From Chthoniobacterales bacterium (GTDB lineage: Bacteria; Verrucomicrobiota; Verrucomicrobiia; Chthoniobacterales; Chthoniobacteraceae), in NCBI GenBank assembly GCA_038207335.1, contig JBBQZX010000018.1:49691-113690 (forward strand): a stretch of DNA of 64,000 nt. The letters are read 5' to 3'. This document shows, one piece after another, positions 45,989 to 57,795 of this stretch. The notes beneath the pieces were generated by a model. The model saw nothing but the letters and a program-made list of their open reading frames with translations. It ran no database searches and was not told the origin of the DNA. Position 1 is the first letter of the stretch; each line of letters begins with the position of its first letter. The translations under genes were made by a program, and so were the position numbers.

Positions 45989-47863
45989 ATGAGTGCGAAT
46001 ATGAAACTGCTCCCCCTCTGCGCCGCGCTGGCGCTGGCTTCGACGGCTTTTGCGGACCCGCTGGTTTCTTCGTGGATCACGGGGAATTCGACGAAATACG
46101 CGCGGATTTACCAGACGGATGCGGCGAAGCTGGCGGGGACGACGGTGGCGACTTGGACGAATGGGCAGCAGAGTCAGGGCAGCCCGGCTTACTGCGGGGT
46201 GCAGGAGATCGCGGCGTCGGCGAGCTGGGTATATGTGCGCTCGACGGGGCTGGGGAGTCACACGATGGGGCCGTGGTACAATGATGCGTCGCGGACGACG
46301 GCGTTTGTGAATCTGCCGGTGAATCAGAAGGAGATTTTCCGTGTGCCGAGGACGCCGACGGTGCCGGGGACGAAGTCGGTGGTGCAGAATGAGTTCGGGA
46401 TTTTCGTGGATGGGGTGCACGGCTTTGACTCGACGGATGCGACGTCTTACTCGACGACGAATGGACGCGACGGGGACCCGCCGGGGACGCCGAGTGGGGT
46501 GACGGGGAACGGCATCTGGAATCGCGATGCGTTTGTGAATGAGGCGATCACTTTCGACACGGCGCTGGCGCATCAGCAGAACACGGGGGTGTATCATTAC
46601 CACGCGAACCCGATCGGGCCGCGATACCTGCTCGGGGATCACGTTGATTTCAATGCGACGACGAAGGCCTACAGCGAAAGCACGGGTGCGCCCGGGCATT
46701 CGCCGATCATCGGATGGGCGAAGGATGGGTATCCGATCTACGGCCCATACGGCTACGGGAGCGCGATGAACGCCGCGAGCACGGTGCGCCGGATGGTGTG
46801 CGGATATGTGCCGCGCGATGGTGCGAACGGGACGACGAATCTCGCGAGCACCGGCCGGCAGACGATCCCCGCGTGGGCGGGGCGTGTGCAAAATCGCGCG
46901 GTGGCGCTGACTTCCACGCAGTATGGGCCGGCTGTAAGCTCGGCTTTTCCGCTCGGGCGTTACATCGAGGACAACGATTATCTCGGCGATCTCGGCAAGA
47001 CGCAGGGCGTGAATTTCGACCTGGATGAATACAACGGGCGGCTGTGCGTGACGCCGGAGTATTCGAGCGGGACGTATGCGTATTTCGTGGCGATCACGAG
47101 CGCGGGGGTGTCGCAATTTCCCTACAATGTCGGGAAGCGCTACTACGGCTCGCCGACGGGCGGATACGTGACGAGCATCGCGGAAACGGTGACGACGTTC
47201 TTCAGCGGCGGGCCGTCGAAACAGGAGACGATGGTCTCAGCAACGCCGAACGCCAGCGACGTGACGGTGGTCTGGAGCAGCACGGAAGGCGGCACGTATA
47301 AAGTCGAGGGTTCGAGCGATCTGACGGGCGCGTGGAGCACGCTCTCGACGACGAAGACGGCGGATGCGAACGCGGTGCGGACGACTTTCACCGACACGAA
47401 TGGACGGGTCGGGAAGACGCAGCGATTCTACCGCGTGACGCGCACCGCGCTGGCGGCTTACGACGATGTGAGCAGCGGCACGACGGGCGGCGGCAGTGGA
47501 ATTCTGACGGTCTCGCCGACTTCCGGCGCGCGTGGGACGACGGTCGGGCTGACGATCAATCTCGATCCGTCGGTGAATCCGCCGCCGCAGAATGCGCCCA
47601 TCAACAGCGCGACGATCGGCACGATCAATGGCACGAATTTGGTGCACGTCAGCGCGACGCAGGTGACAGGTTCGTTCACGATTCCGGCGGGCGCGGCGCT
47701 CGGCGCGCAGACGGTGAGCGTGACCTTTCCCGGCCCGCCGGGAAATCCGACGGCGACCGTGACGTACACGCTCACGAATGGCTTCACGGTCACGCCGGCG
47801 GGGCTGGCGGCGCAGTCCGCGACGCGAGCGGCCAGGCGCGCTGCGCGGCTCAAGGCGCAGTGA
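45989..47863 (+). CDS. YHYH domain secreted protein with C-terminal beta-sandwich/IPT-like domains
   Basis: Signal peptide (alternative start 46001), AHQQNTGVYHYH, HSPIIGWAKDGYPIYGPYGY, DLDEYNGR..VTPEY..GTYAYF. Confidence 0.9.
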   Translation: MSANMKLLPLCAALALASTAFADPLVSSWITGNSTKYARIYQTDAAKLAGTTVATWTNGQQSQGSPAYCGVQEIAASASWVYVRSTGLGSHTMGPWYNDASRTTAFVNLPVNQKEIFRVPRTPTVPGTKSVVQNEFGIFVDGVHGFDSTDATSYSTTNGRDGDPPGTPSGVTGNGIWNRDAFVNEAITFDTALAHQQNTGVYHYHANPIGPRYLLGDHVDFNATTKAYSESTGAPGHSPIIGWAKDGYPIYGPYGYGSAMNAASTVRRMVCGYVPRDGANGTTNLASTGRQTIPAWAGRVQNRAVALTSTQYGPAVSSAFPLGRYIEDNDYLGDLGKTQGVNFDLDEYNGRLCVTPEYSSGTYAYFVAITSAGVSQFPYNVGKRYYGSPTGGYVTSIAETVTTFFSGGPSKQETMVSATPNASDVTVVWSSTEGGTYKVEGSSDLTGAWSTLSTTKTADANAVRTTFTDTNGRVGKTQRFYRVTRTALAAYDDVSSGTTGGGSGILTVSPTSGARGTTVGLTINLDPSVNPPPQNAPINSATIGTINGTNLVHVSATQVTGSFTIPAGAALGAQTVSVTFPGPPGNPTATVTYTLTNGFTVTPAGLAAQSATRAARRAARLKAQ

Positions 47864-47921
47864 GATGCGCTCACGCGGGGCCGGTTGCGCTTCGCGTCTT
47901 GTGCGAGAAAGTCGGGGAAGC

Positions 47922-49667
47922 ATGAACTTTCTGAAGCGCATTTGCTGCATCGCGGTCGCGCTCATCGCCGCTGCGACAACGGCGGAGGGTGCGGCGCTGG
48001 ATCTTTCGATGCGGCATACTTTTGGCGGTGAGCCGCTGCTGCTCGATTCGCTGCGATACAAGAACGCTGTGGGCGAAACGCTATCGATCACGCGGCTGAG
48101 CTATCTGCTGAGCGGCTTTGCGGTTCAGGGCGAAAATGGAGAGTGGATCGAACTGCCGGGGCAGTTTGCATGGATCGATGCAGGCGCGCGGCGTACGTCC
48201 GCGCGGCTGCCGGAGGTGCCGGTCGGGAAATATCGCGCGCTGCGCTTTTTCATCGGGCCGGACGCGAAAACGAATGCCGCGGAGGCGGGCGCTTTTCCCG
48301 CCGATCATCCACTGAACCCCAATCTCAACGGACTGCACTGGAGCTGGCAGGGCGGCTACATTTTCCTCTCGCTGGAGGGCCGCTTCCGCACGGCGGCGGA
48401 TGCTCCGCTCGACGGCTTCGCGTATCACCTGGCGCGCGATCCGCACCGGACGAGCATCACGCTCGCAGCCGCGCTCGATCTCACGCAGGACGCCGCGGTG
48501 CAACTCGATTTCGACATCGCAGCGCTGCTCCGGGCGCCGCGTCCGCTCTCATTTGCGAGCGACGGAACTGCCACGCATTCGCGCGACGGCGATCCTGTGT
48601 GCGCGGCATTGATGGCGAATTTGCCGGGAGCCTTTTCTGTCAGCGCGACCACCGGGGCGGCCCCGACTACTCCGGCTGTCACGCGAGTTGCGCCGCTGGA
48701 TTTGCCGGCAAAATTCACGCCGTATCGGTTCAAAGTCAGCCGCACTTTTCCGCCGCCGAAGCTGCCAAACGACAATCCGCTGATCGAGGAGCGTGTGGCG
48801 CTAGGAGCCGCGCTTTTCAAGGAGACCGCACTCTCGCGCGACGGGTCGATTTCATGCGCCTCGTGCCACCGGCCGGACACGGCTTTTTCCGACAACCGCG
48901 CAACCAGTCCCGGCATGGACGCGCGCACCGGCAGGCGCAACGCGATGCCTCTCACGAACCTTGCCTGGAAGAGCGCGTTTTTTTGGGACGGGCGCGCGCC
49001 ATCTCTCCGCGCGCAAGTGCTGATGCCGATTCAGGATCACGCGGAGATGGACGAATCGCTGGATCGCGTGGCCGCAAAACTAGCGGTGCGCGACGATTAT
49101 CGGACGGAGTTTCGCGCGGCTTTTGGGAGCGGGGAGATCAGCGCGGAAAAGCTCGCGCTCGCACTCGAGCAATACCTGCTGACACTCACGGCGAATCACT
49201 CGAAATTCGATCGCATGCTGCGCGGCGAGGAGAAGCTGAGCGACGAGGAGCAGCACGGGTTCGAGCTGTTTATGACCGAATACGATCCGCGCACCGGCAA
49301 GCGCGGCGCGGATTGCTTTCACTGCCACGGCGGGCCGCTCTTCACGGACAATCTCTTTCACAACAACGGCCTCGCGCCCGATCGCGCCAACCCCGACATC
49401 GGCCTCGGAGCGATCAGCGGCAACGCTGCGGACGCGGGGAAATTCGCGACACCGAGCCTGCGTAATGTCGCCCGCACCGCCCCCTACATGCACGACGGCC
49501 GCTTCGCCACGTTGGAGGAAGTCGTGGCGCACTACTGCAACGGTGTGGAGCGCAGCGAGACACTCGATCCGAATCTCGCGAAGCACCCCGCCGCAGGGCT
49601 ACCGCTCACGACGGAGGATCAGCGCGCACTCGTGGCGTTCCTGAAATCGCTGACGGATGCTCCTTGA
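47922..49667 (+). CDS. MbnP-like domain fused to a di-heme cytochrome c peroxidase (MbnH/MauG family)
   Basis: Signal peptide; LHWSWQGGYIF WxW motif; CASCH and CFHCH heme sites; FFWDGRA, TPSLRNVARTAPYMHDGRF. Confidence 0.88.
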   Translation: MNFLKRICCIAVALIAAATTAEGAALDLSMRHTFGGEPLLLDSLRYKNAVGETLSITRLSYLLSGFAVQGENGEWIELPGQFAWIDAGARRTSARLPEVPVGKYRALRFFIGPDAKTNAAEAGAFPADHPLNPNLNGLHWSWQGGYIFLSLEGRFRTAADAPLDGFAYHLARDPHRTSITLAAALDLTQDAAVQLDFDIAALLRAPRPLSFASDGTATHSRDGDPVCAALMANLPGAFSVSATTGAAPTTPAVTRVAPLDLPAKFTPYRFKVSRTFPPPKLPNDNPLIEERVALGAALFKETALSRDGSISCASCHRPDTAFSDNRATSPGMDARTGRRNAMPLTNLAWKSAFFWDGRAPSLRAQVLMPIQDHAEMDESLDRVAAKLAVRDDYRTEFRAAFGSGEISAEKLALALEQYLLTLTANHSKFDRMLRGEEKLSDEEQHGFELFMTEYDPRTGKRGADCFHCHGGPLFTDNLFHNNGLAPDRANPDIGLGAISGNAADAGKFATPSLRNVARTAPYMHDGRFATLEEVVAHYCNGVERSETLDPNLAKHPAAGLPLTTEDQRALVAFLKSLTDAP

Positions 49668-49729
49668 ATAGAGAGCGACGAGGGTCCGGGATCAACGATT
49701 GCTAGGCGTAACGCTTCGCCAGCGGCTGC

Positions 49730-51796
49730 ATGTTGCACGTTTTACACTCCCACTTCGACTACCTCGCGTTCGCAGCAGGCTCGCTACTCCTGCTCTCAGC
49801 GGTGCATTGGTGGCTCGGGCGGACGAGAGTGAACCGTCCGGGATTCCAAAGTTGGCTCATCCTCGCGCTGATTCTCATCCTCGGCTGGTTTTCGACCGAT
49901 GAGGCGGGGCGCAGCGAGCAAGAGCAACTGAGAACGATGGTCGAAGGATTTCCTCCTACCTATGCGCAGGAAATGCAGCGAATGGGTCACGCAAAGCTGA
50001 CGCTGGAGACGCAGCCGGACGACCCGCTTTATCTCGAAATGATCGCCGCGGAAATCCGCTGGCTCGCGGTAAATCGCAGTATCAATGACATCTACACTTT
50101 CCGGAAACTCCCGGACGGCACGGTGGTGCTGATGGTCGATTCGGAGACCGATTACGATCACGATGGAAAATACGAAGGCGAGAGAGAGCAGCGCACGAAG
50201 CTCGGAGAGGTGTATCCCGATGTGACGCCGACGCTTTCGCGCGCGCTGGACGGCCACATCGAATTCGACGGCGAGCCCTACACCGACCGGTGGGGAACAT
50301 GGGTCAGCGCCTACGCGCCGCTTTACGATCCGCAGGGGAAAATGGAGGGCATTCTCGGTGTGGATTACACGGCGGCGTCTTGGGTGCAAGCGATCGAGCA
50401 GGCACGGCTGACCATGATCGGATATCTGTCGGTCCTCGTGGTGCTCACCGCAGCGGCAAGCGGCGTGACGGCATTCGCAGTGGCATCGCGCGAACTGGCG
50501 GCGGAGGTTCGCGAGAAGGAGTTGGCCCGCATTTCGCAAAAGAAAATCGAGACGCTCATCAACTCGCTCGACGCGATCGTCTGGGAGGCGGACGCGGGGA
50601 CGTTTCGCTTCTGCTACGTGAGTTCGCAGTCGGCGCGAATCCTCGGTTACACGCCGGAGGAGTGGCTCGCGAGCGAGACGTTTTGGGCGGATCACCTGCA
50701 CCCGGAGGACGGGTGGGCCGTGGGGTATTGCATGGAGATGGTGGCGCGCCTCGAGACGTATCAGTTCGACTATCGGATGCTCGCCGCCGACGGACGCACT
50801 GTCTGGATCCGCGAGAGCGGCGGCATTCTGGCAGAAGATGGGCGACCCGTGCTGGTGCGCGGAGTTTTCCTGGACATCACGGCTCAAAAACTCGCCGCAG
50901 CCGAGCTGGAGGCCACGCACGCGAAGCTGATGGAAGCCTCCCGGCAAGCCGGCATGGCGGAGGTGGCGACTGGCGTGCTGCACAATGTCGGCAACGTGCT
51001 GAACAGCGTGAACGTCTCGAGCACCATCATCAACGACCGGGTGTGCGGCTCGCAGGTGGCGAGCCTGACGAGAGTCGCGGCGCTCCTCCGGGAGAAGGGC
51101 GAGGGGCTGCCGGCATTCCTCGCGGACGACCCGCGCGGGAAGGTGCTTCCAGCGCTCATCACCAGCCTGGCGGATGCGCTGGTGGCGGAGCAATCGACGC
51201 TCAAAAACGAGCTCGAAGCGCTCACGCGGAACATCGCCCACATCAAGACCATCGTGGCCATGCAACAGGATTACGCAAAGGTCTCCGGCGTCATGGAACC
51301 GCTGGAGGTGGCCGCGTTGGTGAGCGACGCGCTTCAGATCAATGCGACATCGCTCTGGCGCCACGAGGTGACGGTGGTGCGCGATTTTCAAGACGTGCCG
51401 CCAGTGCTCGCGGACAAGCACAAGGCGCTGCAAATCCTCGTGAACCTCATCCGAAACGCGAAGCAATCGCTCGACGACAGCGCAAGTGCGGACAGGCGAA
51501 TCACCATCACCATCCGGTGCGAGAACGCGGTGAATGTGAAAATCACCGTGTCGGACACGGGCATGGGGATCGCGCAGGAAAATCTCGAACGCGTATTTTC
51601 TCTCGGCTTCACCACGAAGCCGGACGGGCACGGCTTTGGACTGCACAGCGGGGCGAATGCGGCGCACGAGATGGGCGGCTCGTTGCTGGGGTCGAGCGAT
51701 GGGCCGGGGACGGGTGCGACATTCACGCTGACACTGCCGGTCGCCGGGAGCGATGCCGCGTCGGCGGGCACGGCGAATGCATCATCGCGCTCGTGA
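49730..51796 (+). CDS. Membrane PAS-domain sensor histidine kinase
   Basis: TMs, Cache-like YTDRWGTWVSAYAP, PAS (HLHPED, DGRTVW), GVLHNVGN H-box, HGFGLHS. Confidence 0.92.
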   Translation: MLHVLHSHFDYLAFAAGSLLLLSAVHWWLGRTRVNRPGFQSWLILALILILGWFSTDEAGRSEQEQLRTMVEGFPPTYAQEMQRMGHAKLTLETQPDDPLYLEMIAAEIRWLAVNRSINDIYTFRKLPDGTVVLMVDSETDYDHDGKYEGEREQRTKLGEVYPDVTPTLSRALDGHIEFDGEPYTDRWGTWVSAYAPLYDPQGKMEGILGVDYTAASWVQAIEQARLTMIGYLSVLVVLTAAASGVTAFAVASRELAAEVREKELARISQKKIETLINSLDAIVWEADAGTFRFCYVSSQSARILGYTPEEWLASETFWADHLHPEDGWAVGYCMEMVARLETYQFDYRMLAADGRTVWIRESGGILAEDGRPVLVRGVFLDITAQKLAAAELEATHAKLMEASRQAGMAEVATGVLHNVGNVLNSVNVSSTIINDRVCGSQVASLTRVAALLREKGEGLPAFLADDPRGKVLPALITSLADALVAEQSTLKNELEALTRNIAHIKTIVAMQQDYAKVSGVMEPLEVAALVSDALQINATSLWRHEVTVVRDFQDVPPVLADKHKALQILVNLIRNAKQSLDDSASADRRITITIRCENAVNVKITVSDTGMGIAQENLERVFSLGFTTKPDGHGFGLHSGANAAHEMGGSLLGSSDGPGTGATFTLTLPVAGSDAASAGTANASSRS

Positions 51797-51831
51797 GGGC
51801 GAAATAGCTCTCACTTTACCCACACACCCCT

Positions 51832-53958
51832 GTGACCACTGAAACTCCGCACTACCGAATTCTCATCGTCGATGACAACCCCGCGATCCACGACGATTTC
51901 CGAAAAATCCTGAACGGCGCGTGCCCTGCGAATGAGGCTGTCACCAATCTGATGGCGCAGGTTTTCGGTAAGGCGCCGAGTCGCGAGGTGCATGCGATTT
52001 TCGAGCTGGAATCAGCGATGCAGGGCCGCGAGGCGCTGGAAAAAGTGGAGCGCTCGGTGGCGGAGGAGCGGCCCTATTCGATGGCGTTTGTCGATGTGCG
52101 GATGCCTCCGGGGTGGGATGGCGTCGAGACGATCACGCGGCTGTGGGCTGTGGACCCGTCGATCCAGATGGTGATCTGCACGGCATACTCCGATTTCTCG
52201 TGGCACGAAATCGTGGAGAAGCTTGGGAACTCCGACCGTCTCGTGATTTTGAAGAAGCCGTTCGACAACATCGAGGTGCTCCAGCTCGCACACGCACAGT
52301 CGCGCAGATGGCTCGTGACCTCGCAAGCCGCGTGCAAGCTCGAAGACCTCGAGAAGATGGTGCGTGAGCGCACGGCGGCCCTCAATGAGGCGAATCGCAA
52401 GCTGCAATCCGAAGTGTTCGACCGCGCGACAGCGCAGGACGCACTGCGGCGATCGGAGGAGCGCTTTTCAAAGGCCTTCAACACTACCCCGCTCCCGTTC
52501 GCGATCCTCTCCGCGAGGGAACATCGATACGTGGATGTAAACCCGAGCTTTCATCTCACGCTGGGATTCTCGCGGGAGGAGATCGCCGGGCGGTGCCCGC
52601 AGGAAATCGGCCTGTGCCTGGATGCCGAGCATCTCGCGGAGATCGACCGCGGATGCAGCGTGACGGCACAAGCAACCCATTTTCTCACGCGCTCGGGCGA
52701 AAAGCGCACCTGCCTCCTCTGGCTGGAGCCGATCGATTTCGGCGGCGAATCCCACATCCTCGCGATCGTGCACGACACATCCGAGCGGCAACTGCTCGAG
52801 GAGCAGCTCCGGCAGGCGCAAAGCATGGACGCCGTGGGCACCCTCGCGGCCGGGGTGGCGCACGACTTCAACAACATCCTCACAGTCATCCAAGGCCACG
52901 CCAGCTTGCAAATTTCCAAGCGGAGACTCGATGCCGAGATCGAGGCCTCCCTGCGCGCCATCGGCGAGGCATCGGCGCGCGCGGCGGAGCTCACACGACA
53001 GCTCCTGGCATTCAGCCGGAAGCAGGTCATGCAGCCGCGCGTCGTGCGGCTCGACCAGATCGTGAACAACATCAGCGCCATGCTCCAGCGGCTCGTCGGA
53101 GGCTCGATCGAGTTCGTCCTCACCCACGACGAAGCTCTCCCCTGCCTGCGCGCCGATGTCTGCAACATCGAGCAAGTCCTCCTCAATCTCGCCCTCAACG
53201 CCCGCGACGCCATGCCCGCCGGAGGCATGCTCACGCTCGCCACCAGCAGCGTCACTTTCGCCAGCGACAGGGACGCCGCGCATCCGGAGGGACGCGCCGG
53301 GAACTTCGCCCTGCTCCGCGTCTCGGACACCGGCGTCGGCATGGATGCGAAATTGAGCGCGCAGATATTCCAACCGTTCTTCACGACCAAAGAATTCGGG
53401 AAAGGCACCGGCATGGGACTCGCGACCGTCTATGGGATCGTGAAACAGCACGACGGCTGGGTCGCCGTGAAAACCACGCCCGGCGCGGGCTCCACGTTCG
53501 AGATTTTCCTGCCCGCCACCGAGGACACCGCGCCGTCCATCGACTTCGCCGCGGCGCCGACCGATGTGAAAGGCGAAGGCGCCACGGTGCTCCTCGTCGA
53601 GGACGACGCCATGGTGCGCGAACTCGCCTCCGAAGTCCTCGCCCACCACGGCTTCACCGTCATCGAAGCGTGCGATGGGCACGCCGCCCTCGCCGCGTGG
53701 ACTCTGGACTCGCACCGCATCGACCTGCTCCTCACCGACATGTCCATGCCCGGCGGGATGTCTGGGAAAGATGTCGCCGAGCGGCTGCGCGAGTCGCGTC
53801 CGGACTTGAAAGTCATCTACAGCAGCGGCTACAGCGCCGAGCTCTTCGGCGAGGACTTCGACACGAACTACTACCTGCCAAAGCCCTACCTCTCCGCCAC
53901 CCTCGCCGAGACCGTCCACCGCGCCATCCAAGAACCCGCGCGCCTCGCGCTCGCCTGA
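51832..53958 (+). CDS. Hybrid REC-PAS-histidine kinase-REC protein
   Basis: GTG start; ILIVDDN..VDVRMPPGWDG, GVAHDFNNIL, FFTTKEFGKGTGMGL, C-terminal REC. Confidence 0.93.
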   Translation: MTTETPHYRILIVDDNPAIHDDFRKILNGACPANEAVTNLMAQVFGKAPSREVHAIFELESAMQGREALEKVERSVAEERPYSMAFVDVRMPPGWDGVETITRLWAVDPSIQMVICTAYSDFSWHEIVEKLGNSDRLVILKKPFDNIEVLQLAHAQSRRWLVTSQAACKLEDLEKMVRERTAALNEANRKLQSEVFDRATAQDALRRSEERFSKAFNTTPLPFAILSAREHRYVDVNPSFHLTLGFSREEIAGRCPQEIGLCLDAEHLAEIDRGCSVTAQATHFLTRSGEKRTCLLWLEPIDFGGESHILAIVHDTSERQLLEEQLRQAQSMDAVGTLAAGVAHDFNNILTVIQGHASLQISKRRLDAEIEASLRAIGEASARAAELTRQLLAFSRKQVMQPRVVRLDQIVNNISAMLQRLVGGSIEFVLTHDEALPCLRADVCNIEQVLLNLALNARDAMPAGGMLTLATSSVTFASDRDAAHPEGRAGNFALLRVSDTGVGMDAKLSAQIFQPFFTTKEFGKGTGMGLATVYGIVKQHDGWVAVKTTPGAGSTFEIFLPATEDTAPSIDFAAAPTDVKGEGATVLLVEDDAMVRELASEVLAHHGFTVIEACDGHAALAAWTLDSHRIDLLLTDMSMPGGMSGKDVAERLRESRPDLKVIYSSGYSAELFGEDFDTNYYLPKPYLSATLAETVHRAIQEPARLALA

Positions 53959-54015
53959 GATCGACCCGGTCCGCCGTCCTTTCAGATTTCTCTGCCATCC
54001 GATACAACGGGCACG

Positions 54016-54135
54016 GTGTTAGAAAATCGTGCATCTGCCGCTTGGCTCACGATCCCGGACGGCTCTGAAATCCCCGTGATCGGCGCATGCGGCATCGGGC
54101 GTTCATCGGCAAATGCCGTGCATCTCGATAGATAG
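54016..54135 (+). pseudogene. Truncated FHA-domain gene remnant
   Basis: GTG-start frame VLENRASAAWLTIPDGSEIPVIGACGIGRSSANAVHLDR*; FHA IGR motif, stops before SRxH. Confidence 0.55.
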
Positions 54136-54303
54136 CCTCCTCAGACAATGCACCGTATTGGGCGTAGTCCCTTAGCCCTCTGTCGTCGGAAGCGGTGTCT
54201 TCTTCGAGTATCCGCCAGCGCTTGGTGTCGGCATCCTGCTTTGCCACGCCGTCTGCCTGCAGCATCCCTAAGATGCTCCGCATTCAGGCGGGGCGGGATA
54301 CAG

Positions 54304-55239
<936 letters not shown>

Positions 55240-55385
55240 CGGCGGAACGTGCTCCGCGATCTAGCAGCCCGCCATTGGCAAATGTGCGCGGAGTGCGAAA
55301 ATTCACGTTCCCACTTTCCCCGGCGATGCTTTAGACGGCTGCGCGCAGGGTGCGTTCCGATCGTTTTCCGCCCCCCTCAGACTTC

Positions 55386-57149
55386 ATGCAAATCGCCATC
55401 GTTTTCACCCTGCTCATCGCCGCCGTGGTGCTTTTCGCCACGGAGAAATTCCCGGTGGATTTCGTCGCGGTGATGGTGCTCGGCGCGCTGCTTGGGCTGG
55501 GGCTCGTGACCCCGGCAGAGGGCGTCTCGGGCTTCAGCAATCCCGCGACGATCACGGTCGGCGCGATGTTCGTGCTCAGCGCCGGGCTGCGTAAAACGGG
55601 CGCGCTCAGCGTCGTCGGGCGGTCGCTTTTGCGCTTCGGGAAAAAGCCCGGCACGCTCCTGCTGCTCATCGTCGTGACCGTCGGCGCCGTCTCCGCGTTC
55701 ATCAATAACACCGCTGCGGTCGCCGTCTTTCTCCCGCTCGTACTCACGCTCGGGCGGCGCAGCCACGTCGCGCCGTCGAAGCTCCTCATCCCCCTTTCCT
55801 ACGCGGCGCAGTTCGGCGGCGTCTGCACGCTCATCGGCACTTCCACGAATCTCATCGTCAGCTCGATTTCAGAGCAAGGCGGAAGCGGCGCGTTCTCGAT
55901 GTTCGAGTTCGCCCCACTCGGCCTGATCATGCTCGCGGCGGGCACACTTTACCTCGTCGTGTGCAGCCGCTGGGTGCTGCCGGATCGCGCCAGCGGGCCG
56001 CTCACCGAGACGTATGGCCTCGGCGATTACATCATCGAACTCCGCGTCCCCGACACCTCTCCGCTGATCGGAAAGACCGTGCTCACCAGCATCCTCGGCG
56101 AGTCGCGCGCTGCCACCGTCCTCGAGATTTTGCGTGAGAAATCGAAGCTGTGGCGTCCTCTCCACGAGCCTCTCCGTGCAGGCGACATCCTCCTCGTCAG
56201 CGGAAAACTCGACGAACTCATGGACCTGCGCGACGCCGCGAAACTCGTGATCCAACCGCGCTTCAAGCTCGAGGACGCGACACTCCGCTCCGCCGGCGTC
56301 GCGCTCGTCGAGGCGCTCGTCGCCCCGAGCTCCAGCCTGATCGGGATGACGCTCGCGGACATCGGCTTCAGCCGCCGCTACAACGCCATCGCGCTCGCCA
56401 TCCAGCGCCGCGGGCAGACTCTGCGCGAGAAGCTGAAAGACGTCCCCCTGCGATTCGGCGACGCGCTGCTCTTGCAGGCGCCGACCGCCGAGATCGAGCG
56501 CTTCCGCCGCGACGAGAATTTCATCGTCCTCTCCGAAGTCGAGGAGCCTGCGCTCCGCAGTCGCAAGGCGCCGATCGTCCTCGGCACCATCGTGCTCGTC
56601 GTCACAGTTGCCGCGCTCGGCATCATGCCGATCCTCACTGCCGCGCTGCTTGGCTGCGTCGCGCTCATCCTCACGCGCTGCATCAGCCTCGAGGAGGCAT
56701 ACGCGGCGATCGATTGGAAAGTGATCTTCCTCCTCGCGGGCATCCTCCCGCTCGGCATCGCGATCGAGAAAAGCGGCGCGGCGAAATTGATCGTGCATCA
56801 CACGATGGCGCTGGTCGGTTCGTCCGGCCCGACCGCAGTCCTTGCCGCCGTCTATTTTCTCACCGCGCTGATGACAGAATTCATGAGCAATGCCGCCGCC
56901 GCCGTGCTGCTCGCGCCCATCGCCTTCACCACCGCCGCGACGCTCGGCGTCGATCCGAAGCCCTTTCTCATGGCCGTCTGCTTCGCAGCATCGACGAGCT
57001 TTTCCACTCCCGTCGGTTACCAGACGAACACGATGGTCTATAACGCCGGAGGGTATCGCTTTACCGATTTTCTCCGCGCCGGACTGCCGCTAAACCTTCT
57101 GTTCTTCGGCCTCTCCGTCTATTTCATCCCGAAATTCTGGCCCTTCTGA
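55386..57149 (+). CDS. SLC13/CitMHS-type permease with two TrkA-C domains
   Basis: [42 protein letters not shown]. Confidence 0.92.
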   Translation: MQIAIVFTLLIAAVVLFATEKFPVDFVAVMVLGALLGLGLVTPAEGVSGFSNPATITVGAMFVLSAGLRKTGALSVVGRSLLRFGKKPGTLLLLIVVTVGAVSAFINNTAAVAVFLPLVLTLGRRSHVAPSKLLIPLSYAAQFGGVCTLIGTSTNLIVSSISEQGGSGAFSMFEFAPLGLIMLAAGTLYLVVCSRWVLPDRASGPLTETYGLGDYIIELRVPDTSPLIGKTVLTSILGESRAATVLEILREKSKLWRPLHEPLRAGDILLVSGKLDELMDLRDAAKLVIQPRFKLEDATLRSAGVALVEALVAPSSSLIGMTLADIGFSRRYNAIALAIQRRGQTLREKLKDVPLRFGDALLLQAPTAEIERFRRDENFIVLSEVEEPALRSRKAPIVLGTIVLVVTVAALGIMPILTAALLGCVALILTRCISLEEAYAAIDWKVIFLLAGILPLGIAIEKSGAAKLIVHHTMALVGSSGPTAVLAAVYFLTALMTEFMSNAAAAVLLAPIAFTTAATLGVDPKPFLMAVCFAASTSFSTPVGYQTNTMVYNAGGYRFTDFLRAGLPLNLLFFGLSVYFIPKFWPF

Positions 57150-57748
57150 TGCGCCGCCCGCGCTCGATTTTCGTCGCCCTCCTCGCCGTTGCCACCGCGC
57201 TCGCGGAGGACGATCTGCCAAAGCGCGGCGCGACCGATTTGCTCGACGTAGAGCCCACGCTGATGCCCAACCGCGCGGAGCTTCCCGAGCCCGCGACGGA
57301 CCACAGCGTCGCGCGGCTGGAGGTGGAGGTGGAGCGCGCCCGCAACAACGCGGCAGCCGGCGAGCGACTGTTCCGCTCTGGCATTCTCTCGAAAGTGGAG
57401 GCGGAAACTCGCGTGCTGAAACTGGTGCGCCTGACTGCCGATCTCGCAGCCACGCGCCTCGCGGCGGCCGAGACCGAGGCGACGGAAATGCGCGCGAAAT
57501 CTGCAGCGCAGCATGTCTCAAAAGACGCGCTCGAAGCCACCGAAACTGCGCTCGTTTCCGCAACAGCGGATGCCAGGAAAACAGCAGCCGCGCGCGACAC
57601 CGCCGAGATCAAAGCCGCGGAACTCAATGTCTCACGGCGGCGTCAATTGCTCGCCTCCGGCATCGGCAGAAAGAGCGACGTTCAGCGCGCCGAGGATCAG
57701 CTCGCCGCGCTGCGCGAAACCATCGCCCGCCGCTCTGCCGAGAAGTAA
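57149..57748 (+). CDS. Secreted helical hypothetical protein
   Basis: TGATG overlap with the permease; signal peptide; two RxxxLxxSGI helical hairpin-like segments. Confidence 0.7.
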   Translation: MRRPRSIFVALLAVATALAEDDLPKRGATDLLDVEPTLMPNRAELPEPATDHSVARLEVEVERARNNAAAGERLFRSGILSKVEAETRVLKLVRLTADLAATRLAAAETEATEMRAKSAAQHVSKDALEATETALVSATADARKTAAARDTAEIKAAELNVSRRRQLLASGIGRKSDVQRAEDQLAALRETIARRSAEK

Positions 57749-57795
57749 CCGCGCGCGTTGCCCTGCTCCCGAGTTTCCTCCATCGTCTCCCGCGC

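Noticed and set aside
47922..49667. Methanobactin biosynthetic cluster
   Set aside because: No mbnA precursor, mbnB/C or TonB-dependent transporter in the window.
54047..54283. 78-aa minus-strand ORF as an intact gene
   Set aside because: Its second half runs antisense through the FHA remnant and loses protein-like character; treated as a fragment.
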